From positions 1 through 39,007 of the forward strand of contig JBDHWW010000027.1 in assembly GCA_039810425.1 (NCBI GenBank): 39,007 bases of DNA. The letters run 5' to 3'. The notes beneath the pieces were generated by a model that saw only the letters and a list, made by a program, of their open reading frames with translations, did no database searches and had not been told where the DNA came from. This stretch comes from Pseudobdellovibrionaceae bacterium. GTDB taxonomy: Bacteria; Bdellovibrionota; Bdellovibrionia; Bdellovibrionales; Bdellovibrionaceae. The position numbers and the translations under genes were made by a program. Shown piece by piece: positions 1 to 9,466 of the stretch. Each line of letters starts with the position of its first letter. Positions within the stretch are counted from its first letter, which is position 1.

Positions 1-94
1 GGGGTGAGCCTTGCTGCGCTTTGAATCATGGAAAAAGCCCCGAGTGTCAGGAAGTAGAACGAGTCGTACCAGCCAGTACCTTTACCATCAACAT

Positions 95-1459
95 TTAAAG
101 GGGCCAGTTTTTGAAGCGCACACGGGCTGTTGTTCCCCCGGAGTTATCCCAATGCAACTCCCAGCTATAGATCTCACAGATCGTCTTAACCCAAGCCAAC
201 CCAAGCCCAACCCCACCGACAGGACCCGAGCCAAGGCCCTTGTTAAAGGGCGCCCCCAAACGGCCGAGAACCTCATCTGGAATCCCCGGACCGTGGTCCT
301 TTACGATGAGTTCTAAATCACTGAACTGAACCTCCACCGCACCTTCAGAATACTTTAACGCATTCCCCACAAGATTGCGAATGACTTGCTCTAAATGAAG
401 TGGATTGCAAAGCACCAAGAAGTCTTTGCTGGGCAAAAGCCGAATTCGCCCGCTGAAAACCTTTTCGAAGTTCAGCTCCTCTTGTTGCCAAACACGGTCC
501 ACATGAACCGCATACAGATTGTCCACTTGACGCGATGAAACCGTTTCTGCCCAGCTTAAAAAGCCCGAGATCGTCTCTGAGATTTTATCAATGTTTGCCT
601 GGATTTCATTTTTAGTATCTTGATCAACACCATACCGCTGGGTCACTAACTCAAAATCACGATTTAAAATAGTCAGCGGCGTCTTTAATTCATGGGCCAT
701 CTGAAATGACCACGTCTTCATGAATTTGCGGTTTACATTAATTTTTTCGACCATGCCTTTTAAAACTGCAAGGAGATTCAAAAATTCATCACCATGAGGC
801 ACGGGCCCCGCCCCTACTTCAAGAGACATCGGCATCGCCGGCAAGTCCGCGTTGGCTTCAAAGGATTTTGTGACCGAATTAATATACAAAGCCAAAGAAT
901 GAATGGCAGAAAACAAGTACGAAGACAGCCCCCAGGTCAAAACAAGCATCAACGACAAAATCAGCGCCACCATCATCCAAGTCGTCTTACTGACATAGAC
1001 CAGAGACATCGACTTTGCATCGGTGATCACTCCCACTTGCATGGTCCGATTCGGAACCCGCGGCAAATCAAGATTCACCAAACGCACAAAGTACTTTGGC
1101 AAACTGAGCGTCACCCAGAGGGGCTTACGATCAATGTTGACCTCCAGGCGCTCGATGTTCTGCGTTTGAAAAAGGATTTCACCCGTCTGCTCGTTACGAA
1201 CGATAAAAAATTTATCAACGCTATCAGGCCCCAGTTCTTCTGAAATAATCTCGACGGCTTTTTCGTAGTCGTAGGTTTTAAGCTCCAGCAGCTTTGAATC
1301 AATGATCGCCGTCGCCGTTTGACGGATCTGATCGTCAATATAACTCAATCTCTCGCTATGAAAGTAGTAAAGCAAAATCACCCCGATGGATGCCATCGAG
1401 GTAAAAATCACCAAAAACGAAATAAGAAAAAACTTACGCCTCAAGCCAGTATCCCACAT
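95..1459 (-). CDS. Membrane sensor histidine kinase (HisKA + HATPase_c)
   Basis: Two TM segments; H-box MAHELKTPL, N-box NLVGNALKY, G1 DHGPGI, G2 GVGLGL. The ORF track starts at 1618, deep inside the RR gene; the real start is probably ATG 1459, ATG 1468 or TTG 1444, overlapping the RR stop. Confidence 0.92.
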   Translation of the reverse strand: MWDTGLRRKFFLISFLVIFTSMASIGVILLYYFHSERLSYIDDQIRQTATAIIDSKLLELKTYDYEKAVEIISEELGPDSVDKFFIVRNEQTGEILFQTQNIERLEVNIDRKPLWVTLSLPKYFVRLVNLDLPRVPNRTMQVGVITDAKSMSLVYVSKTTWMMVALILSLMLVLTWGLSSYLFSAIHSLALYINSVTKSFEANADLPAMPMSLEVGAGPVPHGDEFLNLLAVLKGMVEKINVNRKFMKTWSFQMAHELKTPLTILNRDFELVTQRYGVDQDTKNEIQANIDKISETISGFLSWAETVSSRQVDNLYAVHVDRVWQQEELNFEKVFSGRIRLLPSKDFLVLCNPLHLEQVIRNLVGNALKYSEGAVEVQFSDLELIVKDHGPGIPDEVLGRLGAPFNKGLGSGPVGGVGLGLAWVKTICEIYSWELHWDNSGGTTARVRFKNWPL

Positions 1460-2108
1460 TGCGGGCATTTTTGATCGCAACGCTCGCGGCGGAAGACTCG
1501 AGCTTACGGCGAAGATTATTAATCGTGGCTTCAACAACCTTCGTATCGACTTCCGCTTTAGAGTTCCAGATTTTTGAAAGTAAAACCTCGCGAGGATATA
1601 TCTTGCCGGGGTTTTCACAGAACAAAATCAGCAACTGGTATTCCTTTGCAGAAACCAACACGGACTCTTGCCCCACAAGAAGGCTACGGGATTCCTTATC
1701 CAGGGCCAAGTTGCCCAGCTCCACTCGGAGAGATGGCATCACATCTTTACGACGGTAAAGAGCCTTTATACGCGCCGACAGCTCAACTGCAGAAAAAGGC
1801 TTGGCGAGATAGTCATCAGCCCCCGCATCCAAAGCCCGGGCTTTCTCGAGCGGAGTATCGATTGCTGACACGATGATAATTTTCGTGTCAGCAAAAGTCG
1901 ATTTAATCTCGCCAATGAGAGAAACCGAATCCGTGTTTTGCAACAAACGGTCTAACACGATGACATGAGGATAAAATGACTTGCTTTTTAAAATCTGCTG
2001 CAGGGATATCGCACTGGTGGCCGTCTTTACCACGCCCCCCTCAGACTCGGCCAGGAACGTCATTTTCTTTAGAATTTCCACTTCATCGTCAACAATAAGA
2101 ATTTTCAT
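1434..2108 (-). CDS. OmpR/PhoB-family response regulator
   Basis: Receiver motifs ILIVDDE, VLD, GADDYLAKPF; winged-helix end INNLRRKL...RNVGY; coupled to the kinase. Confidence 0.95.
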   Translation of the reverse strand: MKILIVDDEVEILKKMTFLAESEGGVVKTATSAISLQQILKSKSFYPHVIVLDRLLQNTDSVSLIGEIKSTFADTKIIIVSAIDTPLEKARALDAGADDYLAKPFSAVELSARIKALYRRKDVMPSLRVELGNLALDKESRSLLVGQESVLVSAKEYQLLILFCENPGKIYPREVLLSKIWNSKAEVDTKVVEATINNLRRKLESSAASVAIKNARNVGYWLEA

Positions 2109-2169
2109 GCGTTCATCTTCTTACAAACAGCCTGACTTTTCAAATAGAGTGCGGCGCACAGAAGCAGGA

Positions 2170-2187
2170 GTTAAAACATTTTTTAAC
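2170..2187. promoter_or_regulatory. Perfect 7-4-7 inverted repeat, candidate operator
   Basis: GTTAAAA-CATT-TTTTAAC, between the RR start and an extended -10 on the + strand. Confidence 0.45.
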
Positions 2188-2209
2188 CACAGAGATTGTG
2201 ATTTTAGTT

Positions 2210-2218
2210 TGGTAAACT
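2210..2218 (+). promoter_or_regulatory. Extended -10 promoter element for the sRNA candidate
   Basis: TG-G-TAAACT; no good -35, consistent with activator dependence. Confidence 0.45.
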
Positions 2219-2224
2219 ACTCTC

Positions 2225-2297
2225 AAAGAGTCGTTTAAAGACAGAGTAGATCCCCTACTTAGTTTTGCGGGCCTTGGGTTTCCATGGCCCGTTTTTT
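2225..2297 (+). ncRNA. Candidate ~70-nt small regulatory RNA
   Basis: Lies between an extended -10 and a + strand intrinsic terminator with no credible + strand CDS; internal hairpin AGTAG-ATCCC-CTACT; complementary to the RBS region of the gene starting at 2925. Confidence 0.55.
2267..2297 (+). terminator. Intrinsic terminator
   Basis: GCGGGCC(T)TGG-GTTT-CCA(T)GGCCCGT stem running into the T-tract TTTTTTATTT. Confidence 0.75.
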
Positions 2298-2310
2298 ATT
2301 TCTTCTAAAT

Positions 2311-2342
2311 AAAAACCCCGCGGGACAGACCACGGGGTTTTT
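2311..2342. terminator. Bidirectional intrinsic terminator ending the beta-barrel gene
   Basis: AAAAACCCCG(C)GG-GACAGA-CC(A)CGGGGTTTTT with T tracts on both strands, about 20 nt past the stop at 2365. Confidence 0.8.
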
Positions 2343-2364
2343 GATTTTTAAATTCTCTTCTATT

Positions 2365-2925
2365 TTAGAACAAATAACCCACGGTCAACATCGGCATCAC
2401 TTCATCATGGGTGTAGTGATCAAGAGCCGCGTTGTTTTCGTCCTTCTTGTAGGTGATCGTTCTATAAGTCAATTCGACGCCCACAATGAAGTTTCCGTTA
2501 ATTGCCGTGAGATACCCCAAATCGGCCTGATACCCCGAGCCCTGTTTATAATTCGTGCCCTCTGTTGCAGAGAAGATATAGTGTGCCATCGCATAAAACC
2601 CCGCAGACCCCACATAACCAATTGAGCCCGCCGTTGCAGAACCCGCAGTCGAAGAGCCTCCAGCATCGTGACTGCGTGAAGTGTACATACCACCGAGATA
2701 CCAGCCATCGCCCTCGAGATAGCCGAGCTTCACGTCGTACACAGCCCCTTTCGTATCAGAAGTCACCTTGGCCCCGCCGGACTGCGTTTCGGTTTTATCC
2801 GTATTGTAGAAACCGTTGAGCGTTAACAGCACGCCAGAACCGCCGCTGCCCCCGCGGGCCTGCGCCGTTGCGGCAAAAGCCAAAGAGGACACAAGAACCA
2901 GAGCAAAGAACCACGTGTTTTTCAT
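2365..2925 (-). CDS. Small outer-membrane beta-barrel protein
   Basis: Signal peptide ending AQA; amphipathic Gly/Tyr-rich strands; C-terminal BAM-type signal MLTVGYLF. Confidence 0.8.
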   Translation of the reverse strand: MKNTWFFALVLVSSLAFAATAQARGGSGGSGVLLTLNGFYNTDKTETQSGGAKVTSDTKGAVYDVKLGYLEGDGWYLGGMYTSRSHDAGGSSTAGSATAGSIGYVGSAGFYAMAHYIFSATEGTNYKQGSGYQADLGYLTAINGNFIVGVELTYRTITYKKDENNAALDHYTHDEVMPMLTVGYLF

Positions 2926-2934
2926 AAGTACTCC

Positions 2935-3762
2935 CTACTTGTTTGCGTTCAGAATCCATTCTGAACGGGACTCTAAGATTATACCCTGGGCCTGCAAATA
3001 AGACATCTTTTTCGCCCACTCTTCCCTCGGTAGTTGTGAATCCAATTCCATCATCAGGACCTGATCCAGGAGTTGGTCGAGGGTGTATTTTCTATCCTCC
3101 TGCAGCACATCGGCAATGGCCGCGTCCCACAGATCCATTTTATACTCCCCCCTCTTCTTGCGAGAATAGTCGTAATAAAAGACAGACAGCCCCGGAGACA
3201 ACTCGATCTCCGCGACCTCGTCCGCAGTGTAAAGGCTTTGTAACGAAGGGTTTACCAGTAATCGGCCTTGCTCCGCCGGGGGAAAACCAAAATCCGCAAA
3301 ACTTAAATAGGACCAGAGCCACTCTTTTTGCGCGATCAGATAAAGACGAGAGTCCTGGAATTTACGTTTCAAAAATACCGGTAAATAACGAAAGTGCGCG
3401 CTCCGCAAAGGTCCCTGCCACGGCACTTCCTTCATGTAGTCCTTGAGCAGTTCGCGCAAGCCCCCTTTCAGATAGGCCTCTGTCTGCGGGAACGCCTTTT
3501 TGAACTCTTCAAGTAACACTTCATGTAGAAATTCTGTTGGCGCAACAGGCAGCTTCACTGTCCGCACCGAGGTGGGTTTCAGCCACCGCAGGGTCTCCGT
3601 CAACAGCTCTTCGTGCAGGCTAGCCTGTGCCGTGGGCACAAGCTCTTTATGAATCAGAAGCTCCACCGGGGTTAGACCCGCCAGCAGTTCCTCTCGACGG
3701 ACTGCGCCTATGCCAAGAACGTCGTAATCCTTCAGCTGTCGAAGCTCGTGTTTTTTCATCAT
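2935..3762 (-). CDS. Hypothetical protein, possible DUF2063/HvfC-like domain
   Basis: 275-aa ORF; segment AFPQT...YMKEVP...LPVFL...LIAQKEW resembles the DUF2063 pattern (from memory); promoter-like TTGCGC-18-TAGAAT upstream. Confidence 0.6.
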   Translation of the reverse strand: MMKKHELRQLKDYDVLGIGAVRREELLAGLTPVELLIHKELVPTAQASLHEELLTETLRWLKPTSVRTVKLPVAPTEFLHEVLLEEFKKAFPQTEAYLKGGLRELLKDYMKEVPWQGPLRSAHFRYLPVFLKRKFQDSRLYLIAQKEWLWSYLSFADFGFPPAEQGRLLVNPSLQSLYTADEVAEIELSPGLSVFYYDYSRKKRGEYKMDLWDAAIADVLQEDRKYTLDQLLDQVLMMELDSQLPREEWAKKMSYLQAQGIILESRSEWILNANK

Positions 3763-3901
3763 GACCTTTAAATTCTACCGACGAAGCTCTGGGAAGCGCA
3801 AGCCCGCTCTCAGCCCCCCTGGCCACACCAAAATAACACGCGGGGCTAACTAGAGCTTTTATTTTTGACCGGGCGCTGCTCACATGCCAGAAACTGATGC
3901 C

Positions 3902-4468
3902 ATGAAGTACATCTTCTTCTTGCTAGTGACATTCTCGTTCCAGCTTGTACTTGGAGTTCAAGCCTTTAGTGGTTACATGACCAAAAAAGGGACGAACTAT
4001 TATTTCACGCCAAAAAGTTCCGCATTGTTCTATATGATTTTAGCGGAAAACCCGGATGTTCAAGACAGCCTTTCTCGCCTTGAAAATGGTGACTTCCTCG
4101 CTGGCAATGGAACGCTCGATACGACCAACAAAAGATTATCTATTGAAACCGTCGACTACGTCGGCCTCCGCAAGTTGCTCGGCCCATGGGTCGGCTCTGA
4201 AGGCACGATGGTGTTTAAGGACTTCTCAACCATGCGCTTTACCCCGCGCTTTAGAGATATCAATTTGGAGTCGCGTCTTACCAATTATCAAAAAGAATTC
4301 CGCTACAGCGTCACGCCAAGTGACGGCAACGAGTGGGGGCTCTTTCTGTCGGACGACAAGAGCACAACCTTTGCGACCGTGGAGTTTACAAAGAATAAAG
4401 TCATCATGAAGATCTTTGAGTCTGAAAGTGGTAAGATCGTACGCACTCTCAAACTTGAAAGACCTTAA
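3902..4468 (+). CDS. Secreted hypothetical protein
   Basis: Signal peptide MKYIFF...VQA from ATG 3902; beta-rich; stop is 2 nt before hutG. Confidence 0.75.
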   Translation: MKYIFFLLVTFSFQLVLGVQAFSGYMTKKGTNYYFTPKSSALFYMILAENPDVQDSLSRLENGDFLAGNGTLDTTNKRLSIETVDYVGLRKLLGPWVGSEGTMVFKDFSTMRFTPRFRDINLESRLTNYQKEFRYSVTPSDGNEWGLFLSDDKSTTFATVEFTKNKVIMKIFESESGKIVRTLKLERP

Positions 4469-4470
4469 GC

Positions 4471-5427
4471 ATGGCTTGGACCACACCCACCGATTCGAAA
4501 CTTTTCTTTACACGTCATGATGCCTCGGACCCTCGCCTTGGTGAATGGGTCAAAGCTTTTGCTCTCCAAAAGATAGACGACCTCGCCCAGATTCCGGCAC
4601 CATCATGGACCCTGCTGGGGTATCCTGATGATGAAGGCATTGCCATGAACGGGGGCCGCCCCGGGGCCAAAGAAGCCCCGCATGCGATTCGCACTTATTT
4701 CTACAAAATGACTCCGTCCTTGCAAAATCCAGAGCCGCAAACTTTGGTGGATCTCGGCAATGTGCCGGTGGAACTGCCCCTGGCTGAGCGCCACGAACGC
4801 GGACGCGAAATCATCCGGGCTTCCCTGGCACACGGCCATCGTACGCTCAGTCTCGGCGGTGGTCATGATTATGGCTATGCCGACGGCGCAGGCTTTATTG
4901 ACCACTGCCTGAGCAAGAATCAGCGTCCTGTGGTGATTAACTTTGATGCTCACTTAGATGTGCGGCCAACCGACACAGGTTTTCATAGCGGCACTCCTTT
5001 TCATCGACTCCTGACTCACTATGAAGGCAAATTCGACTTTATCGAAGTGGGCTTGCAGAACCAATGCAATAGCCTTACTCATTTAAATTGGGCCAAGGGC
5101 AAGGGGGCACGAATTTTACTTTATCAGGACATCATGGAACTGGGGCTTAAAGCAACACTGGAACCGCTGGTTCAAAGTTTCAAAGGACGTCCCTGTTTAC
5201 TCAGTGTGGATATTGATGCCTTTACTTCAAATGAAGCTCCGGGCTGCAGCCAGTCATGGACCACAGGCTTGCAAGCACAGGCTTTCCTCCCGGCACTTCA
5301 AAGGCTCCAATCGTTGCTGGATGTACGCAGTCTTGCGGTTTACGAAGTGTCGCCGCCGCTGGATCAAGACAACCGCACCAGTAAATTGGCGGCCTTGATT
5401 CTGCACCATACGATTTTTAATTCTTAA
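4471..5427 (+). CDS. hutG: Formimidoylglutamase (arginase family)
   Basis: DEGIAMNGGRPGA, LGGGHD, NFDAHLDVR, SGTPF, SVDIDA, EVSPPLD motifs. Confidence 0.9.
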   Translation: MAWTTPTDSKLFFTRHDASDPRLGEWVKAFALQKIDDLAQIPAPSWTLLGYPDDEGIAMNGGRPGAKEAPHAIRTYFYKMTPSLQNPEPQTLVDLGNVPVELPLAERHERGREIIRASLAHGHRTLSLGGGHDYGYADGAGFIDHCLSKNQRPVVINFDAHLDVRPTDTGFHSGTPFHRLLTHYEGKFDFIEVGLQNQCNSLTHLNWAKGKGARILLYQDIMELGLKATLEPLVQSFKGRPCLLSVDIDAFTSNEAPGCSQSWTTGLQAQAFLPALQRLQSLLDVRSLAVYEVSPPLDQDNRTSKLAALILHHTIFNS

Positions 5428-5438
5428 GGAGACCTTCC

Positions 5439-6464
5439 ATGAAGCGAGGTTTTGGTTCCGACAATCACTCCGGCGTCCACCCCCGTATTTTGGATGCCCT
5501 CGCAAAAGCCAATATTGAACACGCCCCTAGCTATGGTACGGACGAGTGGACGGAAAAAGCCGAAAAACTCTTTCGTGAACATTTCGGGCCCCAGGCCGAG
5601 GTGTTTTTCGTATTCAACGGGACTGCCGCAAATGTCCTTTCCCTGAAAGCCGCTTCGAAGTCTTTCCAGGCTTGTTATTGCTCTGATTTAGCCCACATCA
5701 ACGTCGATGAGTGCGGGGCCCCGGAGTATCTTGCCGGGCTTAAGCTGATTCCCCTCCCCACCGTGAACGGCAAACTTCGCCTCGAAGACCTCAAACGGGC
5801 CCACATCCGCCGTGGCGACCAACACTATTCTCAAGCGCAGGTTGTGAGCCTGACCCAGCCGACCGAGTTCGGGACTCTATACTCGATGGAAGAGCTGAAA
5901 GAAATTATCACCTGGGCAAAGATTGAAAAACTTTACGTGCATATCGACGGGGCCCGCCTTTCGAATGCGGCGGTGAGTTTAAAGAAATCTTTTAAGGAAT
6001 TGACCACCGACTTGGGTGTGGACATCGTTTCCTTCGGCGGCACAAAAAATGGCCTCATGATGGGCGAAGCGGTCGTGTTTTTAAACCCGCAACTGGCAAA
6101 GGATGTCAAATTCTACCGTAAACAGCTGGCCCAGTTACCGTCTAAAACTCGCTTCATTTCCGCCCAATTTTTAGAGTACTTTAGTGGCAGTCTCTGGAAA
6201 GAGATCGCCGAACACTCTTGCGCAATGGCGGAAAGGCTCTACCAAGGAGTCAAAGATATTCCAGGGGTGCAAATAACGCAAACGCGCGAAGCCAACGCGA
6301 TCTTTGCAAAAATCCCGCAGGCTTGGGTGAAACCTCTGCGGGAAAAATATTTCTTTTACGTCTGGGACGAAAACACGTTTGAGTGCCGCTGGATGACCAG
6401 TTGGGATACTCAACCCTCTGATATCGAAGGCTTTGTTCAAAGCCTTCAGGAGCAAGCACAATGA
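5439..6464 (+). CDS. ltaE: Low-specificity L-threonine aldolase (PLP-dependent)
   Basis: FGSDN, FNGTAAN, AHINVDECGAPE, HIDGARLSNA, SFGGTKNG (PLP lysine). Confidence 0.9.
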   Translation: MKRGFGSDNHSGVHPRILDALAKANIEHAPSYGTDEWTEKAEKLFREHFGPQAEVFFVFNGTAANVLSLKAASKSFQACYCSDLAHINVDECGAPEYLAGLKLIPLPTVNGKLRLEDLKRAHIRRGDQHYSQAQVVSLTQPTEFGTLYSMEELKEIITWAKIEKLYVHIDGARLSNAAVSLKKSFKELTTDLGVDIVSFGGTKNGLMMGEAVVFLNPQLAKDVKFYRKQLAQLPSKTRFISAQFLEYFSGSLWKEIAEHSCAMAERLYQGVKDIPGVQITQTREANAIFAKIPQAWVKPLREKYFFYVWDENTFECRWMTSWDTQPSDIEGFVQSLQEQAQ

Positions 6465-7540
6465 AATACCCACCGATTCACTACCACACTTACCTCAAAA
6501 TTGATCAGCTCTTAGGCGTGCAAACCCGCCGCAGTGAAGAAATGGGCAGTCCCGCTCACGATGAGTTGCTTTTTATCACGGTTCATCAAGCCTATGAACT
6601 TTGGTTTAAACAGATTCTTTTTGAAATCGACTCTGTTCTTGAAATCTTCTCGGCTCACCCGATTGCTGAACAAAGGATGGCGACGGCCTCTGCGCGCGTG
6701 GACCGCGTGATTTCGATTTTAAAACTCATCATGGGCCAAATCGACGTCCTTGAGACAATGACCCCCCTCGACTTCCTGGAGTTCCGCGATTACCTCTATC
6801 CGGCCTCGGGTTTTCAGAGCGTCCAGTTCCGTCTCATTGAGATCAAGCTTGGCCTGAAAGAAAAAGAACGCCTGCTTTACAACCAAACACCATTCACTCA
6901 ATACTTGCCCGAGGACCACCAAAAGCTTGTTGCCGAAGCAATGAAGCAAGAGTCCTTGTTTGAACTGATCGATAAGTGGCTTGCGCGCACGCCGTTCTTG
7001 CAAAACAGCGAGTTTGATTTCTGGACGGCCTACAAAACCGCCGTCACGAATATGTTTCATGCCGATCGCGACACGGTTCGCGGAAATCCACAACTGACCG
7101 AGGAAATGAAAAAGAAAAACCTTGAGATGATCGATGCCTCTGAGAAAACCTTCCACGCAACCTACCACGAAGAAGATTACAAAAAGCTTCAAGATCAAGG
7201 TCATTTTCATTTGTCATTTAAGGCCTTCCATGGGGCTTTGCTCATTTACCTTTATAGAGACCAGGCGATCTTCCATCTGCCATTTAAAATTTTAAATTCG
7301 CTCATGGATATTGATGAGCTCCTGACTCAGTGGCGCTACCGCCATGCTTTGATGGCCCACCGAATGCTTGGTCAGAAAATTGGAACCGGCGGTTCTTCAG
7401 GCCACGCGTACCTAAAAGCGGCAACCGACAAGCACAAGGTCTTTACTGATTTCTTTAACTTAAGCACATTTCTCATTCCACGCTCGAAGGTTCCGCCTTT
7501 GCCGGCGAGCCTTCAGTCTAAGATGAACTTTAACTACTAA
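6461..7540 (+). CDS. kynA: Tryptophan 2,3-dioxygenase (long form)
   Basis: HDELLFITVHQAYELWFKQ, PASGFQSVQFR, WRYRH, GTGGSSG; ATGA overlap with ltaE. Confidence 0.95.
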   Translation: MKYPPIHYHTYLKIDQLLGVQTRRSEEMGSPAHDELLFITVHQAYELWFKQILFEIDSVLEIFSAHPIAEQRMATASARVDRVISILKLIMGQIDVLETMTPLDFLEFRDYLYPASGFQSVQFRLIEIKLGLKEKERLLYNQTPFTQYLPEDHQKLVAEAMKQESLFELIDKWLARTPFLQNSEFDFWTAYKTAVTNMFHADRDTVRGNPQLTEEMKKKNLEMIDASEKTFHATYHEEDYKKLQDQGHFHLSFKAFHGALLIYLYRDQAIFHLPFKILNSLMDIDELLTQWRYRHALMAHRMLGQKIGTGGSSGHAYLKAATDKHKVFTDFFNLSTFLIPRSKVPPLPASLQSKMNFNY

Positions 7541-7552
7541 AGGAGTTTCACA

Positions 7553-9412
7553 ATGGCGAAACAGACTCAAAGCTTCAACGCTGAAATAAAACAACTTTTG
7601 GATCTCATGATTCATTCTCTTTATTCCCACAAGGAGATCTTTTTGCGCGAGCTCGTCTCGAACGCTTCAGATGCGCTCGACAAATTGAAATTCAATGCTC
7701 TGACCCAAGACAATCTGATGACCCCGGGATCGGAGCTGATGATTCGCCTTGAGCCGAATAAAGACGCTCACACACTGAAAATCCAAGACAATGGTATCGG
7801 CATGAGTCCTGAGGAAGTGGTGGAATACATCGGTACGATTGCCCGTTCAGGCACCAAACGCTTTGCTCAAATCAGCCAAGAAATGAAAGAGCGCCCCGAA
7901 CTCATCGGCCAATTCGGTGTGGGTTTTTACTCTTCGTTCATGGTTGCCGACAAAGTCACTTTGCACAGTCAAAAGGCCGGCACCCACGTCGGCACTCTTT
8001 GGGAAAGCCAAGGCGATGGAACTTACACGATTGATGAAATCCCCCGGGCCGAAGGCCATGGCACGACAATCACTCTTCATTTGAAAAAGTTCGCGGAAGA
8101 GGAAGAAGTTCAGGACTTCACCGACGCCTTCACCCTGAAGGCCCTCGTGAAGAAGTATTCTGACTTTATCGCCTACCCGATCAAAATGAAGGGCGAAAAA
8201 GAAGATGAGACTTTGAATAGCCAGAAGGCCTTGTGGTTAAAATCTCCCTCTGAAATTACCAAAGAAGAATACAAAGAGTTCTACCATCACTTGAGCCATG
8301 ACTGGAATGACCCGATTAAGACCATCCACTACCGTGCTGAAGGCACGATGGAGTTTAATGCCCTGCTCTACATTCCGACGCAAAAGCCTTGGAACTTCAA
8401 CATGCGTGACACGGAATATGGCTTGAGCCTTTACGTTAAACGTGTGTTTATCATGTCTGATTGCAAAGATCTTATTCCGCAGTACTTGCGTTTTGTAAAA
8501 GGCTTGGTCGACAGCAGCGATCTTTCTTTGAATGTTTCCCGCGAGATCTTGCAGCAAGACCGTCAGGTCACCCAGATCCGCAAAAATGTCGTCAACAAAG
8601 TCCTGGGCTCATTAAAAGACATGATCAATAAAGAGCGCGGTCTTTATGAAATGTTTTGGAAAGAGTTCGGAGCGGTTTTAAAAGAAGGCTTCCCAAGTGA
8701 TGCCCCAAACAAAGAGCGACTGCAGGATGTAACTCTGTTTAAGAGCACCGCGGGCGAGGCCTGGACGACTTTGGAAGAGTACGTCGGCCGCATGAAAGCG
8801 GGGCAAAAGGATATCTACTTCATGACGGGCGATGACCTTGCTAAAATGCAGGAAAGTCCTTACCTCGAAAAACTCAAAGAAAAGAATTATGAAGTTCTTT
8901 TGCTTGCGGATCCTGTGGACGAATGGGTTGTCGATGTTCTTCGCGACTACAAAGATAAAAAACTTCAATCTGTAACAAAAGAAGACCTGAATCTTGATAC
9001 GGAAGAAGAAAAGAGCAACAAAGAAGAAGAGAAAAAAGGCTTTCTTGAAAGATTTAAGCCTTTGATGGAGTCCATGAAAGAAACCCTGAAAGACCAGGTC
9101 AAAGATGTAAACATCTCCGACCGTCTGACGGAAACTCCTGTTTGCTTGGTCGCGGGCAGCCACGACCCTTCAGCTCACATGCAGAAGATCTTGTCACAAA
9201 TGGGTCAGGATCAGGGAATGAATGCAAAGCGCATTCTGGAGATCAATCCCAAGCATCCTGTCATTGAGAAGCTTTTAAACCTCTCCGGCGAGCAGCAGAA
9301 GCTCTGGACAGAGGTTCTTTACTCACAGGCTTTGTTGAACGAAGGATCCAATATTCCGGACCCCAAGCGTTTTAGCAGGCAACTTGCAGACCTGATGTTG
9401 GGTCGGCACTAA
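7553..9412 (+). CDS. htpG: Chaperone HtpG (Hsp90)
   Basis: YSHKEIFLRELVSNASDA, IGQFGVGFYS, LNVSREILQ, LEINPKHP; RBS AAGGAG. Confidence 0.98.
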   Translation: MAKQTQSFNAEIKQLLDLMIHSLYSHKEIFLRELVSNASDALDKLKFNALTQDNLMTPGSELMIRLEPNKDAHTLKIQDNGIGMSPEEVVEYIGTIARSGTKRFAQISQEMKERPELIGQFGVGFYSSFMVADKVTLHSQKAGTHVGTLWESQGDGTYTIDEIPRAEGHGTTITLHLKKFAEEEEVQDFTDAFTLKALVKKYSDFIAYPIKMKGEKEDETLNSQKALWLKSPSEITKEEYKEFYHHLSHDWNDPIKTIHYRAEGTMEFNALLYIPTQKPWNFNMRDTEYGLSLYVKRVFIMSDCKDLIPQYLRFVKGLVDSSDLSLNVSREILQQDRQVTQIRKNVVNKVLGSLKDMINKERGLYEMFWKEFGAVLKEGFPSDAPNKERLQDVTLFKSTAGEAWTTLEEYVGRMKAGQKDIYFMTGDDLAKMQESPYLEKLKEKNYEVLLLADPVDEWVVDVLRDYKDKKLQSVTKEDLNLDTEEEKSNKEEEKKGFLERFKPLMESMKETLKDQVKDVNISDRLTETPVCLVAGSHDPSAHMQKILSQMGQDQGMNAKRILEINPKHPVIEKLLNLSGEQQKLWTEVLYSQALLNEGSNIPDPKRFSRQLADLMLGRH

Positions 9413-9424
9413 AACTCGTTAATA

Positions 9425-9447
9425 GAGGGCGCCGAAAAGGCGCCCTC
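9425..9447. terminator. Hairpin between convergent htpG and bcp
   Basis: GAGGGCGCC-GAAAA-GGCGCCCTC perfect 9-bp stem; weak T tracts. Confidence 0.6.
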
Positions 9448-9466
9448 CTATGCTGACTGGGAAAAA

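Noticed and set aside
1460..1618. N-terminal extension of the histidine kinase
   Set aside because: Overlaps the regulator's DNA-binding domain; the first TM segment starts right after the downstream start.
2284..2625. + strand 113-aa ORF
   Set aside because: Begins inside a terminator stem, crosses a second terminator and is antisense to the OMP gene.
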